64,000 bases of DNA, taken from a virus (Duplodnaviria > Caudoviricetes). Position 1 is the first letter of the stretch, and the number at the start of each line of letters is the position of its first letter. The stretch spans positions 8,564 through 72,563 of the IMG/VR virus record IMGVR_UViG_3300020047_001061, one strand, 5' to 3'. This document shows positions 59,710 to 64,000 of the stretch, in pieces. The notes under the pieces are model-generated. The model did not search any database and was not told where the DNA came from. It saw nothing but the letters and a program-made list of their open reading frames with translations. A program made the translations under genes and the position numbers.

Positions 59710-60041
59710 GCCGAGAAGAGCACCACAACCAATTGCAAATAGCTTTGCATCAAGACTTCCTTGCCAAAAAGCAAGCATGGCTGGAATGGCACACAGCCAA
59801 TCCAATGGTCTGGAAGATGTTTGAGCAGTTCGCCTTCCAAGCAGTCAAGATGAACCGAAAGAAGATCAGCCACTGGCTCATCATCAATCGCATTCGTTGG
59901 GAGACATCAATCATGACTACAGGCAATGAGTTCAAGATCAGCAATGACCTTATCGCCTTCTATGCCCGTCATTGGAAGGAAACATACCCTGCCTACAAAG
60001 ACCTGTTTAACATTAAGCGCATGATTGGCGAGACAATATGA
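59706..60041 (+). CDS. Hypothetical phage protein
   Basis: Coupled ORF in operon. Confidence 0.65.
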   Translation: MSREEHHNQLQIALHQDFLAKKQAWLEWHTANPMVWKMFEQFAFQAVKMNRKKISHWLIINRIRWETSIMTTGNEFKISNDLIAFYARHWKETYPAYKDLFNIKRMIGETI

Positions 60042-60433
60042 TTGTCCTAAGAGACAAGAACGTGGCAAGAAACCCCATTGCCAGAGCAGTTGCAGCACAG
60101 CAGCTTAAAGCCAAGATGCTTGACCAGCGCATACAGTTGCTGATGCTGGACGAAGGGGCAGACGCAAGGTCCAGCATTTTGCCAATCTCAGATGCCGTCT
60201 TTGTCATGGCATACGCCTATGAACTGATGGAGCAGGAAGACTCAGTTGAGTACAGGAAGCTGAAGTCGGCCATGCTGACCCTGACAGCCTGCTCAGAACG
60301 GAATTTCAAATGGCACAACGCTGACGCAATCACCATTGACAACGCCATTGGCATTTGCGTGGATAAATGGAAGACAGTGCCTCACGACCTGCTCCAACAG
60401 TCAATCAATCACATCTTGGGTACAATCAAATAA
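60038..60433 (+). CDS. Hypothetical protein
   Basis: Coupled ORF in operon. Confidence 0.6.
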   Translation: MIVLRDKNVARNPIARAVAAQQLKAKMLDQRIQLLMLDEGADARSSILPISDAVFVMAYAYELMEQEDSVEYRKLKSAMLTLTACSERNFKWHNADAITIDNAIGICVDKWKTVPHDLLQQSINHILGTIK

Positions 60434-60445
60434 AGGATCACAGCC

Positions 60446-60835
60446 ATGAAGTTCACCATCATTGAAGCAAAGTCTGACATCATCAGTGACTACGCCATGT
60501 GCCTGCTACACAGCGTCACAGCCGCACACGTTCACCACTGGAACACATCCAGCTACTCACAGCACAAAGCATTGGGTAAGTTCTATGACCAACTGGCTGA
60601 TCTTGCTGATTCCTTTGTCGAGGCGACCCTCCTCCAGAAAGGCAAAATAATTTCCAGCGAGATGCCACTTTTTCTGGGGGAAAATGGTCTGGAGCTTGTC
60701 AAGTACGTTTACGCAGAAACAGCGGAAAAGCGTTCTGCTCCCGGCTTTCCTCAAGAGTCTGAAGTGCAAAACATCGTGGATGAAATCGCCGCTTTGTGCC
60801 GTCACACTGAGTTTTTGCTAAACCGTCTGAACTGA
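60446..60835 (+). CDS. Ferritin/Dps-like four-helix protein
   Basis: HVHHW..SSYSQHKALGKFYD.L.DL.D.FVE pattern. Confidence 0.7.
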   Translation: MKFTIIEAKSDIISDYAMCLLHSVTAAHVHHWNTSSYSQHKALGKFYDQLADLADSFVEATLLQKGKIISSEMPLFLGENGLELVKYVYAETAEKRSAPGFPQESEVQNIVDEIAALCRHTEFLLNRLN

Positions 60836-60836
60836 T

Positions 60837-61025
60837 ATGACATTCCCAAACAATCAAGTCGGTTGGTATTGCGGTCTACAAGGGCCATTTGAGAACAAAG
60901 CTCAAGCGCTGGCTTTACGCAAGAACGCTGTTAAAGTTGGCTACAAGCCGCCACAAGTTGAGGCGATTTCCTACAGAGTTGACAAAAATCTCTGGAAGTC
61001 GCCTAATATTTTGGTAGAAAAGTAA
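60837..61025 (+). CDS. Hypothetical protein
   Basis: Last ORF before terminator. Confidence 0.55.
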   Translation: MTFPNNQVGWYCGLQGPFENKAQALALRKNAVKVGYKPPQVEAISYRVDKNLWKSPNILVEK

Positions 61026-61081
61026 GAGACATTTCCAGAAAAGTTTTTTCAGATTTCCAGCAGTTGCAAAGAAGGGAATTT

Positions 61082-61109
61082 ATGCCTAGCCAGTCTAGGC
61101 ATTTTTTTT
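61082..61109 (+). terminator. Rho-independent terminator ending rightward block
   Basis: ATGCCTAG-ccagt-CTAGGCAT followed by T run. Confidence 0.75.
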
Positions 61110-61175
61110 CTTCCAAATTTTTTTTCCGAAATGCGTAGTTGGCCTATGGACTTTTTTGGCCCCTGTTACTGGTCG

Positions 61176-61250
61176 GTTCAGTCAAAAACCGCACCGTTCA
61201 GTCAAAAACTAGACTGTTCAGTCACAAACTGAACGGTTTAGTCGGGAAAA
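61176..61250 (+). repeat. Four direct repeats GTT(C/T)AGTC at exact 20-bp period
   Basis: Starts at 61176, 61196, 61216, 61236; first two read GTTCAGTCAAAAAC. Confidence 0.8.
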
Positions 61251-61608
61251 CCCAGAAAACCCAACAAAATCAAGCGTTTGCGCCCGGGTTTGCGTGTCTG
61301 ACATTAGGTTTTTTGCCCAATCGCCCCGACCCGATCAACCCAACGGGGGCCAATCCAACCCGCCCCCGCCAATTGCCCCCAAACAACCCAACCAACCCCG
61401 GGCCAACCCGGGCAAATGCGGCCCCGGTCAACCCAGCACGGCCCAAACCAATCGCCCCGGGGATTTTTGGGTTTTCCCGGTTGTTGACCGATCCAACCCG
61501 CCCCGCATTTGTGGGCATGCGCCCCCATAATCGTCCCGCCAATCGCCCCGGGATCAAACCCCGGGCCAATGACCAACCCAGCACAATCGCCCCGCAAACG
61601 GGCTTTTG

Positions 61609-61628
61609 AAGTGAGCGCTTACTAACTT
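61609..61628. promoter_or_regulatory. Imperfect palindrome AAGTGAGCGCTTACTAACTT
   Basis: AG/CT-rich island in otherwise depleted non-coding DNA. Confidence 0.45.
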
Positions 61629-61637
61629 AGCAAGCCC

Positions 61638-61660
61638 AAAAAAACCCCGGTTTCCCGGGG
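61638..61660 (-). terminator. Terminator ending the leftward terminal operon
   Basis: CCCCGG-GAAA-CCGGGG then T7 on minus strand, just after stop at 61675. Confidence 0.8.
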
Positions 61661-61674
61661 ATCGTTTGGGTTTA

Positions 61675-61896
61675 TTAAGTCAATTCCCAATAATCGCAAA
61701 CGTCAAATTGTATGATTGACCCGGGGTCATCAACCGGGGCAAACAATCCAACCGATCCAATCATTTGCAACAAATTTAAAAATCGGGGGGGTTGGCCCGG
61801 ATCATTCAGGCAAACCCCAAATGACCCGATCCGGGGGGTTGTTGTTGGCTTTTCGCCATACGTCAATTCGACATCAATATCAGAAAAACGGCCCAT
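61675..61896 (-). CDS. Hypothetical protein
   Basis: MGRFSDIDVEL...; RBS AGGGG; last gene before terminator. Confidence 0.6.
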   Translation of the reverse strand: MGRFSDIDVELTYGEKPTTTPRIGSFGVCLNDPGQPPRFLNLLQMIGSVGLFAPVDDPGSIIQFDVCDYWELT

Positions 61897-61898
61897 GT

Positions 61899-62072
61899 TC
61901 ATCCCCTGTAGTTGTTGGATCGGCCCCGATTGCGCCCGTAAAATTGCACGGGGGGCGGGGTTTGTAAAACGGTTTTAACGTCATCAATTGACATCCTGAG
62001 CATTTGCGCCAATTGGGCGATTGTCAGGTTTGGGTTGTTGTCGTAAAAATCACAAATTTGTTGATTGGTCAT
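61899..62072 (-). CDS. 57-aa protein with helix-turn-helix-like core
   Basis: MTNQQICDFYDNNPNLTIAQLAQMLRMSIDDVKTVL...; ATGA overlap; below ORF-track cutoff. Confidence 0.6.
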   Translation of the reverse strand: MTNQQICDFYDNNPNLTIAQLAQMLRMSIDDVKTVLQTPPPVQFYGRNRGRSNNYRG

Positions 62073-62278
62073 TGTTGGCCCCGGTTTGTATCGATCAAAA
62101 AATATTGTTTTTCGGTTGGTTTTCCGTTGGTGTATGCATTACGCCATCCCGGGATTGATCGGCCAACAACCAACCCGCCCCGGGTTTTCCAATCGGTAAA
62201 ATTGTCGTTTTGCATGCTTGGATGAACATCCAACGGCCCGACAATGTCAAAAAAATGCTTTTGGTTAACTTTAATCAT
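62069..62278 (-). CDS. Hypothetical protein
   Basis: MIKVNQKHFFDIVGPLDVHP; RBS AAGGGG. Confidence 0.65.
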   Translation of the reverse strand: MIKVNQKHFFDIVGPLDVHPSMQNDNFTDWKTRGGLVVGRSIPGWRNAYTNGKPTEKQYFLIDTNRGQQ

Positions 62279-62288
62279 TGTTGTCCCC

Positions 62289-63167
62289 TTAATGCATTGC
62301 AATTGCGATAACGCGGTTTTTCATTTGGGGCAATCCGCATGCATGCCCCGCCCCTGTACATGTACCGCATGCGCCCGGGCATGGAAAAACCTTAATCCCG
62401 GGGAATTTGGCCCGGATTGCCGCATTTGTGCTGGGTGATCCGTGATCGGTTGATTTTACTTTTCGCCCAATTGAAACCGCGATAAATTCCCCCCGTGTGA
62501 TCGGCAATCGTTTGACAGCGTCAACAACCGTTTGCGGGGCATTGTGACCCCCGGATATGTTTAATTGATAATTTGTAGGCCAAACCCCAACAACGTCAAA
62601 CCCCAACAATGCATGAAATGATTTGCTGTAGCCATAGGCCCGGGCGGTTGGGGTTGATGATAACAACGACATCCAAAATGCAACATCCCCCCCGTTTGCA
62701 AAATCCCCGTCAACGTACAAACGGAAATCAAACCCCCCGGGCCGTTTTGCGGCAATAGCGGCAAACGCAAACGCGATTTGATCGGGGGCAAACCGCATTA
62801 AATAGGCGTTTTGGATCATGCGCGCAAATGCGGCCGGAAATCTCCATGCCCTATAGGAATAGCAAAACGTGATGCAATCCCCCGCCCCGGGGCATGTCAC
62901 CCCCGGGATTGTAGAGAATGAGACAAACGGCAATTTGGAATTGCCCCCCAATGCAAAAATTGCCAATTGGGGCATTTTGCTCCCAAAAGTATCGGCCAAT
63001 TTGGCAAAATTGGATTGCCAACCCGGGCCGGAAAAATCGGGGTCACATTGCAATTGCAACAATTCCCGGGCGATAACGTAATCGTCACCAGTTTGCACGG
63101 CAATCGCCAATTGTTGCAACTTTGCAAATTTGGGCGCGTTTTGAAATGATTTGATTTGCATGATCAT
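62289..63167 (-). CDS. Cys-rich protein resembling phage Gp88-family / Fe-S proteins
   Basis: CPGAGDCITFCY, FRLYVDGDF, YGYSK, and C-terminal CPGACGTC (CX3CX2C). Confidence 0.55.
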   Translation of the reverse strand: MIMQIKSFQNAPKFAKLQQLAIAVQTGDDYVIARELLQLQCDPDFSGPGWQSNFAKLADTFGSKMPQLAIFALGGNSKLPFVSFSTIPGVTCPGAGDCITFCYSYRAWRFPAAFARMIQNAYLMRFAPDQIAFAFAAIAAKRPGGFDFRLYVDGDFANGGDVAFWMSLLSSTPTARAYGYSKSFHALLGFDVVGVWPTNYQLNISGGHNAPQTVVDAVKRLPITRGEFIAVSIGRKVKSTDHGSPSTNAAIRAKFPGIKVFPCPGACGTCTGAGHACGLPQMKNRVIAIAMH

Positions 63168-63280
63168 TCTCCCAACAACCCGGACACCACAAACAACCCG
63201 GCCCCGCTCACTGCAACCGTGCAAAGTGAGACAACAACCGACCCAATGCCCAACGCCAACGCCAACGCGCCAAACTGCAT
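63164..63280 (-). CDS. Small hydrophobic peptide
   Basis: MQFGALALALGIGSVVVSLCTVAVSGAGLFVVSGLLGE; ATGA overlap with next gene; start uncertain. Confidence 0.4.
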   Translation of the reverse strand: MQFGALALALGIGSVVVSLCTVAVSGAGLFVVSGLLGE

Positions 63281-63489
63281 ACTTTTAGTTCTCACACGGC
63301 CATGCGGTAATGCCCCGGTACTACGTTTCAAATGCCGGATCGGTCGGATCATGTGCAATCGCAAACAAACGGGTTACATAATGCGCCCGGATTGCATGAT
63401 CGGGGCATGATCGGGGCATGATTGGCCCCCGTTTGGCCCCCGGTTGGGCCGTTGGGCGCGTTGTTGGCCCCGGTTGGGGTTGGGGCGCG

Positions 63490-63942
63490 TCAATCCCGGG
63501 GCGGGGCGGGGTTGGGATCGGGTTGGGACATCATGCGGCCCCAATCCCCGGGGGAATAATCAACAACCCCCCGGTCGGTGTAATGCCTGAAAACCCCCCG
63601 GTTTTCCAATCCCGTTTTTACAGAATGGCACGGGGCGCATAACGATTGGAAACGGTTGGCCGTGAATGCATGCGGCCCGATTGGTTTCCATGCAATGACA
63701 TGATCAACATGCACGGCCCCAACAACCCGCCCCGCCAACATGCACGATTGGCAAAGCGGTTGTTTTGACAATTGCCCCGCCCGTATCGTTTGCCATATGG
63801 CCGTTTTGTATTCCCGATCACTTTCCCTTTTTGCTTTGCTGACATGTACCGGGGGCGCGTGATCCATGCACATGGATGACCCGGGGCGGGTTGGTTGTTT
63901 GCATCTATATACAGAACATTGGGGGCGGGGTTGGGTTGGCAT
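63490..63942 (-). CDS. HNH endonuclease (HK97 gp74-like, packaging-associated type)
   Basis: W..IR...L..QPLCQSC...HVDHVI...QSLCAPCHSVKT. Confidence 0.85.
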   Translation of the reverse strand: MPTQPRPQCSVYRCKQPTRPGSSMCMDHAPPVHVSKAKRESDREYKTAIWQTIRAGQLSKQPLCQSCMLAGRVVGAVHVDHVIAWKPIGPHAFTANRFQSLCAPCHSVKTGLENRGVFRHYTDRGVVDYSPGDWGRMMSQPDPNPAPPRD

Positions 63943-63974
63943 GCCCTAATTTTAAAGCACTGTACATAAAACCA

Positions 63975-63990
63975 TTAGGGTTTGTCCTAT
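63975..63990. promoter_or_regulatory. Operator-like motif TTAGGGTTTGTCCTAT upstream of HNH gene
   Basis: Reverse complement ATAGGACAAACCCTAA closely matches 56041-56055 and 28244-28260. Confidence 0.45.
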
Positions 63991-64000
63991 ATAGAATTTT

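Larger units (their letters stand above)
61270..63900. other. AG/CT-dinucleotide-depleted segment
   Basis: Hand count ~69 AG+CT in 61261-63960 (2.6% of positions vs ~12% expected and seen elsewhere). Confidence 0.9.

Noticed and set aside
61176-61250. Possible mini-CRISPR array
   Set aside because: Period is only 20 bp with ~6-nt spacers and no cas genes.
61139-61609. Several overlapping Pro/Gly-rich ORFs on both strands
   Set aside because: AG/CT depletion and high GC remove stop codons; region lies beyond both converging terminators, so likely non-coding.
61270-63900. Ordinary horizontally acquired island or type II restriction-site avoidance as the explanation for the odd composition
   Set aside because: Bias is specific to one dinucleotide pair and palindromic sites are enriched rather than lost; foreign origin is not fully excluded.

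Overview
The window holds two related but diverged HK97-type siphophage genomes joined head-to-head at about 26,572-26,579. Copy A (1-26,579, minus strand) runs terminase small subunit (5'-truncated), DNA methyltransferase, TerL, portal, protease, two capsid paralogues, neck, tail, fibres, a GT2-TPR glycosyltransferase and the start of the lysis cassette. Copy B (26,572-64,000) starts with only the last 54 codons of TerL, then the same late module on the plus strand, lysis genes, a leftward recombination block, a rightward replication block, and a final ~2.7 kb leftward segment. That final segment is depleted about 5-fold in AG/CT dinucleotides (hand count ~69 in 2,700 nt) in both coding and non-coding DNA, and is the most unusual signal here. 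The junction may be an assembly or amplification chimera. No tRNA, rRNA, CRISPR array, integrase or reverse transcriptase was recognised. All family assignments come from motif recognition and synteny by eye, not from database searches.
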